A stretch of 59,362 bases of DNA, the filler included. It is 6 parts of 6 records of this genome, joined end to end, with 100 filler letters (N's around TTAATTAATTAA, not from the genome) between each part and the next. Parts side by side here need not be neighbours in the genome. Positions count along the whole stretch, not along the records: positions 5,240 to 18,008 come from SRR31156797_16633; positions 18,109 to 35,658 come from SRR31156797_16637; 4 more parts are not named here. One strand, written 5' to 3'. The position numbers and the translations under genes were made by a program. This document shows, piece by piece, positions 9,524 through 18,417 of the stretch; the first letter of the stretch is position 1; each line of letters begins with the position of its first letter. Below the pieces are notes generated by a model, which was given only the letters and a program-made list of their open reading frames with translations, was not told the DNA's origin and searched no databases.

Positions 9524-10180
9524 ATGAGCATCCAATCGAGAAGAGAAAGGGAAAAGCAAAACAGGATAAAATCCATTAAAAAAGCAGCGTGGAAAATATT
9601 CCTCAGAGACGGACTCCATAAATCCAAAATGACGGAGATTGCGGAAAACTGCAGCCTGGGCCTGTCCACCTTATACTACTACTTCAAGGACAAGCGACAG
9701 TTAACCTACAGCCTTATGCTTGATTACAAGACGGGTAAACACAATGAGCACTTGAAACTGATTGAAAGCGGAGTGAGTAAAGCACAATTTATCGAAGGAT
9801 ATATCGACTCTTATCTGAGCGGAATCGATCGTTTTCGTTTTTTCGTTCTTGCCGACAGCTATTATAATTATCACGGCGAATACGACCTCAACGATCCTGT
9901 GATTCAGGAGTATGATCGGGTAACCCATGAAAACGGCAACCACGTCCTCGATATACTTTCCGCCGGATTGGGTAAGGAGAAGCGAGATGAGGTACATGTC
10001 TGCCTATCCATGATACTTGGATTTCTAAGACGCTATGTTCTTCTGCCCGCGATCAGCCAGCCCCGGACGGAAGAAGAGAGAGCCGTGATGATCGCTACCC
10101 TCTTGGAGATGTCTCTGAACAATCTGAGGAATACAGGTATTGATCTGAACAGTCCTATGGACGAAGGCGCGAAAACATGA
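9524..10180 (+). CDS. TetR/AcrR-family transcriptional regulator
   Basis: N-terminal HTH ...IAENCSLGLSTLYYYFKDK; 218 aa. Confidence 0.9.
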   Translation: MSIQSRREREKQNRIKSIKKAAWKIFLRDGLHKSKMTEIAENCSLGLSTLYYYFKDKRQLTYSLMLDYKTGKHNEHLKLIESGVSKAQFIEGYIDSYLSGIDRFRFFVLADSYYNYHGEYDLNDPVIQEYDRVTHENGNHVLDILSAGLGKEKRDEVHVCLSMILGFLRRYVLLPAISQPRTEEERAVMIATLLEMSLNNLRNTGIDLNSPMDEGAKT

Positions 10181-10195
10181 GAAAGCTGAAATAAT

Positions 10196-10900
10196 TCAGG
10201 CTGTTGGAATTCTGCTCCCGAGAGGACGGATGAAGCGGTTTGCCCCTGTGATCCCCGGGCAAGCGCCGCTGGCGGCGGCCGGAGAGTCGGGATGACAGAT
10301 CATCCACTTGTTCCTTTTGAAGAGCAGCCCCTTCCCGGCGGCGCCCTTTTCCAGCTCCAGGTTAGTCCCTTCGGGGAGGATGATCAGGGACCGGAAATCC
10401 CCGCTCCCGCAGCGGCAGGGCGCCAGATGGAGGGTGGTGGAGTAGAGCTCCACAGCACGTCCCCCGGGAACGAAGAAAAACCGTCCCAGAGCGGAATCCC
10501 AGCTCCAGCCGGAGGCCCCTCCCCTTCTGATATCCCCGCTGAATCCCAGGAAAAGGACCAGGGGGCTCAGGGCCAGGATATACTCATGCCCCTTATGGTA
10601 TTCCATCCCGTTCATCCTGGTATTGGAACCGCAGCAGCTGCCGACCTCCAGGGGCATCCCCCCGGCGAGCTCCTCTTCCAGCGCCTTTTTCCAGCCCTCT
10701 TTCTCGCAGGAAGGATAGTGGGGAACGTAGACGGGACCGTCCGGATCGATGGTCCTGTCGGCCCAGGACAGCATCTCCGTAACGGCGGGAAGATCGATCA
10801 GAATCCCGTAACGGGCAAAGCAGTCCTCCTCCGCGGAGTGAATGGTTTCAAAGTTGGCCTCCCTCAGGCGGGTCAGCAGATCAGACTGGTCCTTCCTCAT
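10196..10900 (-). CDS. DUF4867-family protein (SftX/SqvB-like, found in sulfoglycolysis clusters)
   Basis: F.RYG, VGSCCGSNTRMNGMEYHKG.E, VELYSTTLHLAPC, LPEGTN and NKWMICHP. ATGA overlap with the GH31 stop. Confidence 0.8.
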   Translation of the reverse strand: MRKDQSDLLTRLREANFETIHSAEEDCFARYGILIDLPAVTEMLSWADRTIDPDGPVYVPHYPSCEKEGWKKALEEELAGGMPLEVGSCCGSNTRMNGMEYHKGHEYILALSPLVLFLGFSGDIRRGGASGWSWDSALGRFFFVPGGRAVELYSTTLHLAPCRCGSGDFRSLIILPEGTNLELEKGAAGKGLLFKRNKWMICHPDSPAAASGACPGITGANRFIRPLGSRIPTA

Positions 10901-12948
10901 GACCGCCCCTCCCCGCCTGCGTCTCCGCCGCCTTCAGCGCCGATGGAAGCCAGTGAGGCGAAGAGCCCGGCAAAGGGAGAGTCCCCCCTGTAGAAGACGG
11001 GCGGACGGCCTACGGGGGCATCCACCCACTGCCATCCCCGGGCGACTCCCCGACCGGTCCACAGGTTCCGCCAGTCACCGCCGGGAACGTAGACCCTCCA
11101 GCGCCTCTTCCCCTTCTTTATAACGGGGGCGACCAGCAGATCATTGCCGTAGAAGTACTGGTAGCGCAGTTTTCTCAGCTCCCCGTCCTCGGGACAGACC
11201 AGCCAGCCGTGGCGCATGCGGGGCAGGCCCGTTTTCTGATACTCCTCGCCCAGAGCCCGGTGATAGGGCTTCAGGGCCTTGAAGACCGTCGCGAAGCGGG
11301 CCAGATGGTCCAGGCACTCGGCATCGGAATTGAAGAGCCAGCCCTTGTAGGGCCGGTTGCCCTCGTGGGTCCGCATAACGGGGCTGAAACAGCTCGCCTC
11401 GGCCCAGCGCATGAAGAGCTCCTTGCTCCGCTTCAGGTAGGAGACGGAGGTATAGCCCCCCAGGTCGGAATGGACGTTGCCGTAACCCGAATACCCCAGG
11501 GAGAGGCTGCCGGGGATGATGGTGGGCAGGCCCTGGTGACGGCTCCAGTTGACCAGCTGATCGCCGTTCCAGAGGCTCACGGCATGGGGAGCGCTGCCCG
11601 AATAGGCACTCCGCATGAAGACGAACATATCCTCGGCCCCCGCCTCCAGGCAGGCCTCCCTGTTGATCCGGGCCCACTCCACGGTATAGCGGTTGTGGTA
11701 GGTCTCAGCCGACTCCCCGGAGTAGACGACGGCGTCGGCGGGGATGTACTCGCCGAAGTCGGCCATCCAGCCCTTGAGGCCCGTGCCGATCATGAACTCC
11801 TTGATCACCTCCTTGATCCAGGCGGCGGCCTCGGGACGGGAGAGGTCCACCATGGCCGCCGGGAAGGTGGTGATGGTGACATAATAGTCCTCTCCCGAGC
11901 CATTCTTGATGCAGTAGCCCTTCTCCTTCGCCTCGGCATAGAGGTCGCCCTCCAGGGCCAGGAAGGGATTGATGTATCCCAGATAGTGAATCCCCCTGGC
12001 CTCCAGCTCCCCGATATAGGCAGAAAGGTCGCCGTAGAGTTTCCCGGCGGGCTTCCAGTTCCAGAAGAGCTGCTTGCCGAAGCTGGTCATCCTGATGCCC
12101 TCCCAGTCCTGACACCATATGGCGCTGACGGGAACCTGCGCATCCAGGGCGTCCTTGAGCTTGGCCTCGGTCTCTTCCCGGCCCCCCTGGATTCCCAGAA
12201 CCATGCCGTCGCTGATCCATTCAGGCAGCTCCGGCTGGCGGCCCAGGTAAGCGCTGAGCCCCTCGACCAGCTCTGCGGGAGCGTCGGCACATCCCATGCG
12301 GAGGGTGACCGTAGAGTCCCACACGACCAGCCGCTCCCGTTCGCCCCTGCGGAAATCGAGCTCCGAATAGGCGGTGGAGTCGCTGTGGACCCAGCGCCCC
12401 CCAGTGGTCACATAACTGGGCTGGGAGACATAGCTCGTGTACCAGCGGCCGGCGTAGCCCTTCTGCAGCTCCGCCTGCAGGGAGATAAGGTCCTTCCCCC
12501 GTCCCAGCCCCGGCTCCATCACCCAGACGGGGACCTTCCGCCCCTTCATATCCAGGTAGGAGTACTGCTGGCCGCAGCCGTAGACGGACTGATCCGCGGC
12601 GGAGCTCAGGGAGAGCTCCAGACGGTTATCCCCCTCCTTCATGCCGGACAAATCCAGCCTGAGATGCTCCCTGGGGATGCCCCCCTCGGTAACGACCCTG
12701 GCGCTCAGGCGGATGTCTTCACCCAGGCCCAGAACCAGTTCGGAATCCGAGGACGACTCGATCTTCCAGGAGCCGGGACGGCGCATCGTCACATCGCCGT
12801 CCTTTATCTTGAACAGGCCGTAGTTGAACCTATAACGTCCCTTTCCCCGTCCGGCCGCGGCGGCCGGACGGTTCGCGCTATGGGTCAGGATCTCCTTATT
12901 TCTGTAGAGGAGGCGAAAGCCGTCTCCCCGTTCCTCAAGCTTCAACAT
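10897..12948 (-). CDS. yihQ: GH31 alpha-glycosidase, sulfoquinovosidase YihQ-like
   Basis: LGIQGG, WCQDWEGIRMTSFGK, nucleophile motif GWMADFGEY, acid/base WNGDQ, HSDLGGY and MRTHEGNRP are all typical of YihQ. Confidence 0.85.
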   Translation of the reverse strand: MLKLEERGDGFRLLYRNKEILTHSANRPAAAAGRGKGRYRFNYGLFKIKDGDVTMRRPGSWKIESSSDSELVLGLGEDIRLSARVVTEGGIPREHLRLDLSGMKEGDNRLELSLSSAADQSVYGCGQQYSYLDMKGRKVPVWVMEPGLGRGKDLISLQAELQKGYAGRWYTSYVSQPSYVTTGGRWVHSDSTAYSELDFRRGERERLVVWDSTVTLRMGCADAPAELVEGLSAYLGRQPELPEWISDGMVLGIQGGREETEAKLKDALDAQVPVSAIWCQDWEGIRMTSFGKQLFWNWKPAGKLYGDLSAYIGELEARGIHYLGYINPFLALEGDLYAEAKEKGYCIKNGSGEDYYVTITTFPAAMVDLSRPEAAAWIKEVIKEFMIGTGLKGWMADFGEYIPADAVVYSGESAETYHNRYTVEWARINREACLEAGAEDMFVFMRSAYSGSAPHAVSLWNGDQLVNWSRHQGLPTIIPGSLSLGYSGYGNVHSDLGGYTSVSYLKRSKELFMRWAEASCFSPVMRTHEGNRPYKGWLFNSDAECLDHLARFATVFKALKPYHRALGEEYQKTGLPRMRHGWLVCPEDGELRKLRYQYFYGNDLLVAPVIKKGKRRWRVYVPGGDWRNLWTGRGVARGWQWVDAPVGRPPVFYRGDSPFAGLFASLASIGAEGGGDAGGEGRS

Positions 12949-13040
12949 GGTGAAAACTCCTTGTCTATGGGATGTTGGTTCTCCGCCCGGAAGGGGGGAA
13001 GGAAAATGATCCCGGACAGAGCCGGTCCGGGACGGAAGGA

Positions 13041-13889
13041 TCAGCCTTTGACGGCTCCCGCGGTCATGCTGGACACGATCTTCTCATTAAAGATGGTGTA
13101 GATCACGACGCTGGGAATGATAGAGAGCACGATGGCCGCATACATGCTGGTGTAGTCGGTCAGGAACTGGCTCGTAAAGAAGCGGATCCCCAGCTGGATC
13201 GTTCTGGAGGCCTCGGATGAGGTCAGGAGCAGGGCCATGATAAACTCGTTCCAGGCGTAGATAAAGCAGAGGGTTCCCGCCGTGGCCAGTCCCGACTGGG
13301 AAAGGGGCAGAATGACCTTGGTGAACCTCTGATGGAACCTGCATCCGTCTATGATGGCGGCCTCCTCCAGCTCACTGGGTATGGCCCCCATGAAATTGGT
13401 CAGAAGAAAGATGGACACCGGAATGTTGATGGCGCTGTAGACGACGATCAATGCCAGAAGCCTGTCATACAATCCCAGAACCCGGATTACCGTGAAATAG
13501 GGAACCATGAAGGAGATAATGGGAACGAGCACTCCCGCCGTGACCATGGTGTACACCAGCTCCTTGCCCTTGAAGGCTTCGCGGGATATGACGAAGGCCC
13601 CCATGGAGGTGACCGCCAGGTTCACGACCACGGCCAGAACCGCCACCAGGACGGAGTGAAGAAAAAGGCTGCCCAGCTTGGCCGTGGCCATAGCGTCGCT
13701 GTAGTTTTCGAAGTGCCATACCTCCGGCAGCCCGAAGGGATTGATCTGCAGCTCCAGATTAGATCCCTTGAAGGAGGCCAGAAAGAGCCAGATCAAAGGA
13801 TAGAGGGAGATAAAGAGAAAGAATCCCAGAAAGAGCCATTTCAGTGTATTCTGCAGAATCGAGACTCCTGCGCTTGTATTGCTTACCAT
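13041..13889 (-). CDS. Carbohydrate ABC transporter permease (MalG-like)
   Basis: EAA motif IPSELEEAAIIDG; C-terminal GAVKG; AAGGAGG RBS before ATG 13889. Confidence 0.93.
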   Translation of the reverse strand: MVSNTSAGVSILQNTLKWLFLGFFLFISLYPLIWLFLASFKGSNLELQINPFGLPEVWHFENYSDAMATAKLGSLFLHSVLVAVLAVVVNLAVTSMGAFVISREAFKGKELVYTMVTAGVLVPIISFMVPYFTVIRVLGLYDRLLALIVVYSAINIPVSIFLLTNFMGAIPSELEEAAIIDGCRFHQRFTKVILPLSQSGLATAGTLCFIYAWNEFIMALLLTSSEASRTIQLGIRFFTSQFLTDYTSMYAAIVLSIIPSVVIYTIFNEKIVSSMTAGAVKG

Positions 13890-13905
13890 TGTTTTCGCTC
13901 CCTCC

Positions 13906-14781
13906 TTACTGGGAAACATCCATGTTGTCGTTGTCCCGGAACAGCCGCCTCATGACGACGATCACCAGGGTCCCCATCAGGATCAGGATCGTACCGGTGG
14001 CGGTGGCCTCGCCGTAATTGAAGGCCGCCATGTTATTGTAAAGGCGCAGTCCCATAACCGAGCTACTGTGGGCGGGCCCTCCGTTGGTCATCAGGAAGGT
14101 GGCTTCGAAATGGCGCATGCCGTAGGCCATGGCCAGGGTGATGGCCGTAATCAGCGTGTTCTTGACCATGGGAATGGTGATATGGAATTCCTGCTGCAGC
14201 ACATTGGCTCCGTCGATCTGGGCCGCCTCGTACAGAGATACGGGAATGGACATGACCGATGCCAGGATGATGATCATAAAATACCCGATGTAGACGACCT
14301 CCTGAAACATGATGGCGGGCAGGGCCGTGCCTAACTGGCCCAGCCAGTTCACAGGCTCTTTTCCGAATATCCCCAGAAACGCGTTCAATACGCCGTAGCT
14401 GGGATTGTAGATAGCCCTCCACATCATGGCGATGGCTACGCCTGAAATAACCTTGGGAAGGAAATAGATAACCCGGAGGCCTCTCCAGAACCTGGGCTGC
14501 CTCGCCAGGATAAAGGCCGCGACCGCGGCCAGGGGGACCTGGATGAAGCCGTTGACCAGGGCCCAGAGCAGGTTGTTCTTTACTGATTTTAAAAAGATCT
14601 CATCTTTCAGGAGCTCAATATAATTCTCCCAGCCGACGAATGAAGGTTTCGTAATCCCGTTCCACTCCTGATAACTGAGACCGATGTTATAGATCAGAGG
14701 AAACAGAAAGAAGAGGATGTACAGAACCATCATGGGAAGAAGAAACAGGATGATCCTTCCGGTATTGTTTTCCCTTACCAT
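13906..14781 (-). CDS. Carbohydrate ABC transporter permease (MalF-like)
   Basis: FVGWENY, SLYEAAQIDGA, MTNGGP; multiple TM segments. Confidence 0.93.
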   Translation of the reverse strand: MVRENNTGRIILFLLPMMVLYILFFLFPLIYNIGLSYQEWNGITKPSFVGWENYIELLKDEIFLKSVKNNLLWALVNGFIQVPLAAVAAFILARQPRFWRGLRVIYFLPKVISGVAIAMMWRAIYNPSYGVLNAFLGIFGKEPVNWLGQLGTALPAIMFQEVVYIGYFMIIILASVMSIPVSLYEAAQIDGANVLQQEFHITIPMVKNTLITAITLAMAYGMRHFEATFLMTNGGPAHSSSVMGLRLYNNMAAFNYGEATATGTILILMGTLVIVVMRRLFRDNDNMDVSQ

Positions 14782-14794
14782 AATTATTCTCCTG

Positions 14795-14825
14795 AAAGAG
14801 GACGGAAGCCCCTGCTTCCGTCCTC
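14795..14825 (-). terminator. Intra-operon stem-loop after the binding-protein gene
   Basis: GAGGACGGAAGC-CCCT-GCTTCCGTCCTC perfect 12-bp stem with a short U-tract on minus. Confidence 0.7.
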
Positions 14826-14850
14826 CGAATGTTATTGATTATATAATAGA

Positions 14851-16104
14851 TTACTTGTTCGCTTTTTCCAGCATTTTCACAAACTCGGCGGGAGTCGCGT
14901 CGCCAAGGGCCATCTTGCCCAGGGCCTGGCCGAACTCGCTGACCACCTCCGCCTTGAAGATGCCCGAGAGGTGCTTGTTGGTGAATGTCGCGGAGCTGGC
15001 CGCTTCGGTGAAACTCTTCTGAAGAGGATCGTCGATGAGAGAGCTGTCGAACTTGATGGCGAACATGGAACCGGCGTCTCTGGAGATGGTCGCTACGTTT
15101 TCGGGAGCGGACATCCATCTGGTGAAGGCGACGATGGCGTCATGCTTGGAGGGGTTCGATTCCCTGAGATCGGCGGCGATCAGGTTGGTCTGGAGAAAAC
15201 CGATCTGTGCGCCGGCGTTCTTGCCGACGGCGGGAGCGGATCCGACCACGGTGTTGGCATAGACCTCGGGAGCGTCGCCCTTGACGCGGCCGATATACCA
15301 GGGGCCGTTTATGAACATAGCGGTTTCCGCGGCCAGGAAGTGCCCGCCCGAAACGCCGGCGTCTCCGCCCACGGCGTCCAGAGTCGTGTTGCCGTCGGAA
15401 TAGAGAGCCAGAAGCTTTTCAGCCGCTTCCACATAGATGGGATCGGATAGGGGTCTGCTCCAGGCATCGGCTCCGCCCAGGGAGGCTACGAAGTGGGAGT
15501 ACCAGAGCATGGAGGTCCACGCATTGGAGCCGCCGGTCATCTGGGATGTGGGAACGATGCCGGCCCCTTTCAGCTTGGCCATGGCGTCTTGCATTTCGTC
15601 CCAGTTGGCGGGGATGGAAGCGCCGGCTTTCTCGAAGAGGGCCTTGTTGTACCATACGGGGGTGATGGCGGCTTCGTAGGGGAGGGATTTCAGCATGCCC
15701 TTGTGGGTGGCCTGAGCCAGGCTTCCCTCGCTGTATATGGCCTTCCAGTCGGCGTCCATGATTTCGTTGAAGTCCAGGATGCCGTCGGAGTCATAGTAGG
15801 CCATGGACGTGGGAGAGGGATTGATCGTGAAAAAGTCGGGGACGACCTTGGCGGCGATGGAAGTGCGGATTTTCTCCCTGTAGCCGTCGTAATTGGGCTG
15901 CTCCTCCACTTCCACCTTGATCTTTCCGGCATTGTCGCTGTTGAACCGTTCTACAAGGGCCGCTACGGCGGGGGCCTTGGAATCCTTGCCAACCCAGATG
16001 CTGGGCCATTTGATGGTCACCTCGCCCTGTTCCTGCTGACCGCCGGCAAACGCGAAGGAGGCTGTAAGAGCCAGAAGCAAAATCAGGGTCAATCCTTTTT
16101 TCAT
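14851..16104 (-). CDS. Carbohydrate ABC transporter substrate-binding protein
   Basis: Signal peptide ending AFA-GGQQE (a style common in spirochaete binding proteins), WYNKALFEKAG, AMFINGPW; first gene of the operon. Confidence 0.92.
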   Translation of the reverse strand: MKKGLTLILLLALTASFAFAGGQQEQGEVTIKWPSIWVGKDSKAPAVAALVERFNSDNAGKIKVEVEEQPNYDGYREKIRTSIAAKVVPDFFTINPSPTSMAYYDSDGILDFNEIMDADWKAIYSEGSLAQATHKGMLKSLPYEAAITPVWYNKALFEKAGASIPANWDEMQDAMAKLKGAGIVPTSQMTGGSNAWTSMLWYSHFVASLGGADAWSRPLSDPIYVEAAEKLLALYSDGNTTLDAVGGDAGVSGGHFLAAETAMFINGPWYIGRVKGDAPEVYANTVVGSAPAVGKNAGAQIGFLQTNLIAADLRESNPSKHDAIVAFTRWMSAPENVATISRDAGSMFAIKFDSSLIDDPLQKSFTEAASSATFTNKHLSGIFKAEVVSEFGQALGKMALGDATPAEFVKMLEKANK

Positions 16105-16120
16105 AATTTTCTCCTCTTAT

Positions 16121-16141
16121 TTAGTTACTTTCTGTAAATAA
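16121..16141 (-). promoter_or_regulatory. ROK-type operator upstream of the ABC/GH31 operon
   Basis: Minus-strand TTATTTACAGAAAGTAACTAA, an imperfect palindrome 16/21 identical to the site at 17776. TTGACA on minus at 16164-16169. Confidence 0.7.
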
Positions 16142-16418
16142 TAAAAACATGGAAAGATTGAGCTGTCAAGAAAAGAATACTCAGATTGGCCACGGAAAGG
16201 CACTTTCGCCATTATAAACGATCAAAGGATGGATGAATGTTAAAAAGATATAAACAATTGTTTATCCCATTCGGATCCGGGTCTCCTTTGCAGAGCCGTT
16301 GAATAAGGAGCGAAGCGCCCGGAGGATCGGGACAGAACCTAAAAGCAGGCCGCCCCGCCTCAGCAACCGGCGAGGAAACGTCCCGAACAACGGAGACCGG
16401 TCCACGGGCTGGCACGAT

Positions 16419-17591
16419 TCATTTTCTCAGATAGTTCCGGAAAACCAGTTCCGCGGCGCCCCGGCTTCCCGCCGAGGAATCGTAGAGCATGGGGAGGATG
16501 CGGATATCCGACTGCCAGCGGTTGGAGGGGTTGACCTGTAGGAACTCTTCCGATTTGGCGCAAAGGTAACGGGCCAGCTCTTCGTTCCGACAGAGCAGCA
16601 CAAAGGCCTCGGGAGCGAAGACGCTCTTGAGGTTTCGGACGACCTGGGACAGGACCATGGCCTTTTCGTCCAGCACGGCCTGGGTCCGGGGAGCCGAAAA
16701 ATTGATCCTGTCCGCCAGATCCTTCGGTGAGGGCGCATCGATTTCATGTCCCAGATCCGCCAGGATTGCCCTCTCGGAAAGGTAGGCTTCCAGGCAGCCC
16801 CGGTTTCCGCATTCGCACTGGCGCCCGTGGTAATCCACGGAAAAATGCCCGACCTCGATGGAGGTTCTGTTGTCCGTCGCAAAGACCTCGCCCTTATTGA
16901 TGAAGGCCCCGCCCACTCCGCCGCGCAGAAGAAAGGAGAACACCGAACCGAACGCCCCTATCCGGCCGAAGTAATGCTCGCCGTAGGCGATGGCCGTCGT
17001 GTTATTGCACACCGAGACATCCAGCCCCAGGCGGCTTTCGTAAAGCTCTTTGATATTCAGTTTCTTGAAGTTATCGAAGCGCGAATAATGGACGGCCTCT
17101 CCCGTCCGGTCGTCCACCTGGCCCGGCACCCCGATACCGAGGCCGAGTATCCTGTCCCGGGGAACGCTCGCCATGCGGATGATCTGCTCGACCTTCTCTT
17201 CCATATAGCGGACCACGCTCTCCCAGTCCCTGTCACGCTCTATCCCGATAACCTCCTCGACGATGATGTCTCTGTCGAAATTCTCAATGGCGAAGGAGGC
17301 CCCTCCCGACCAGAACTCGACGCCCACCGAATAGAGGGAGTCTTTTTTCAATCTGTAGAATACGGGCTTCCGTCCCTTCTTGTCCCCGGTATCCACTTTT
17401 TTGTCAAAGGGCTCGATCCATCCGGCGTCTTCCAGGTTCTTGAAGGTCCGCAATACGGTAGGCGCCTTGAGTCCCGTTGCGACGACGACCTGGCTCTGGC
17501 TGATCCCTTCCGAACCTCGGATCATGGAGAGAATCATTTTTTCATTGCTTTCACGGATATCGCTGTTTCTAAGCGGATTGGGATCGATCAT
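16419..17591 (-). CDS. ROK-family transcriptional repressor (XylR/NagC-like)
   Basis: N-terminal wHTH with GRKP, GIGVPG, GVGGAFI, and the Zn motif EVGH...CECGNRGCLE. Confidence 0.92.
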   Translation of the reverse strand: MIDPNPLRNSDIRESNEKMILSMIRGSEGISQSQVVVATGLKAPTVLRTFKNLEDAGWIEPFDKKVDTGDKKGRKPVFYRLKKDSLYSVGVEFWSGGASFAIENFDRDIIVEEVIGIERDRDWESVVRYMEEKVEQIIRMASVPRDRILGLGIGVPGQVDDRTGEAVHYSRFDNFKKLNIKELYESRLGLDVSVCNNTTAIAYGEHYFGRIGAFGSVFSFLLRGGVGGAFINKGEVFATDNRTSIEVGHFSVDYHGRQCECGNRGCLEAYLSERAILADLGHEIDAPSPKDLADRINFSAPRTQAVLDEKAMVLSQVVRNLKSVFAPEAFVLLCRNEELARYLCAKSEEFLQVNPSNRWQSDIRILPMLYDSSAGSRGAAELVFRNYLRK

Positions 17592-17738
17592 GAACAGTCC
17601 TTCAGGCCCGGGGCACATTACTTATATGATCTAAGAATATAACAGTTTTTTTCTCTTCTCAAGGGCTGGAACGGGAACCCGGGAGCTTATTGAGACAGTC
17701 CTGAAAGGAAGAAAAATGGTAAAAACAGTATTTTTTCC

Positions 17739-17796
17739 TTTACAAAGTTCATGGCGGATGCTATTTTTCTTTTAATTAGTTCCTGTAAGTAACTTA
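17739..17796 (+). promoter_or_regulatory. Sigma70 promoter plus ROK-type operator upstream of the transketolase
   Basis: TTTACA (17739), 17-nt spacer, TATTTT (17762) with extended TG; then TTAGTTCCTGTAAGTAACTTA (17776-17796). Confidence 0.7.
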
Positions 17797-17814
17797 TTAA
17801 GGAGTTCCAGTTGT

Positions 17815-18008
17815 ATGGATCGAAACGAGATAAAAAGGCTTGAGGAGAAGGCCCGGGAGATACGCATAAAAACCATCGATGTCATCGGGAACCTGGGAGT
17901 CGGTCATATAGGCGGCTGCATGTCGGTCGTCGAAGTGCTGACCCTTCTCCACTACAGGACCATGGACACGGATCCGCGCGATCCCATGAAGAAGGTAAGG
18001 GACAAGCT
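17815..18008 (+). CDS. Transketolase N-terminal region (possibly SqwG-like), 3'-truncated
   Basis: AREIR...GVGHIGGCMSVVEVL.LLHY...P..RD; AAGGAG RBS. Confidence 0.85.
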
Positions 18009-18108
18009 NNNNNNNNNNNNNNNNNNNNNNNNNNNNNNNNNNNNNNNNNNNNTTAATTAATTAANNNNNNNNNNNNNNNNNNNNNNNNNNNNNNNNNNNN
18101 NNNNNNNN
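18009..18108. other. Artificial contig spacer
   Basis: N44-TTAATTAATTAA-N44. Confidence 0.98.
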
Positions 18109-18417
18109 GATGATATCGATGGCCAGCGGCAGGTCGTCGCGCAGGACTTTGGCGAAATAGGCCGTGTGCTCGCGCGAGGTATAGGCGTTCAAATGACCGC
18201 CGACGGCTTCGATCTCTTCGGCGATGGCCTGGGCGCTGCGCCGCCGGGTGCCTTTGAAGGCCATGTGTTCGAGCAGATGCGAAATGCCGTTGATTTCCGG
18301 TTTTTCGTCGCGGGTGCCGACGCCGATCCAGACCCCGACGGAAACGGATTCGACCGATTCCATGGCATCGCTGGCGACACGCAGGCCGTTTTTCAGTTGG
18401 GTTGTCTGAACCGTCAT
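18109..18417 (-). CDS. M16 (pitrilysin) family peptidase, 3'-truncated
   Basis: LKNGLRV, inverted zinc motif HLLEH-MAFKGT, NAYTSRE. ATGA overlap with the thrC stop. Confidence 0.92.

Noticed and set aside
11209-13101. 630-aa plus-strand ORF
   Set aside because: Antisense shadow of the GH31 gene in GC-rich DNA; no recognisable motifs.
17815-18417. Transketolase adjacent to the M16 peptidase and thrC
   Set aside because: They are separated by a spacer and come from different contigs.
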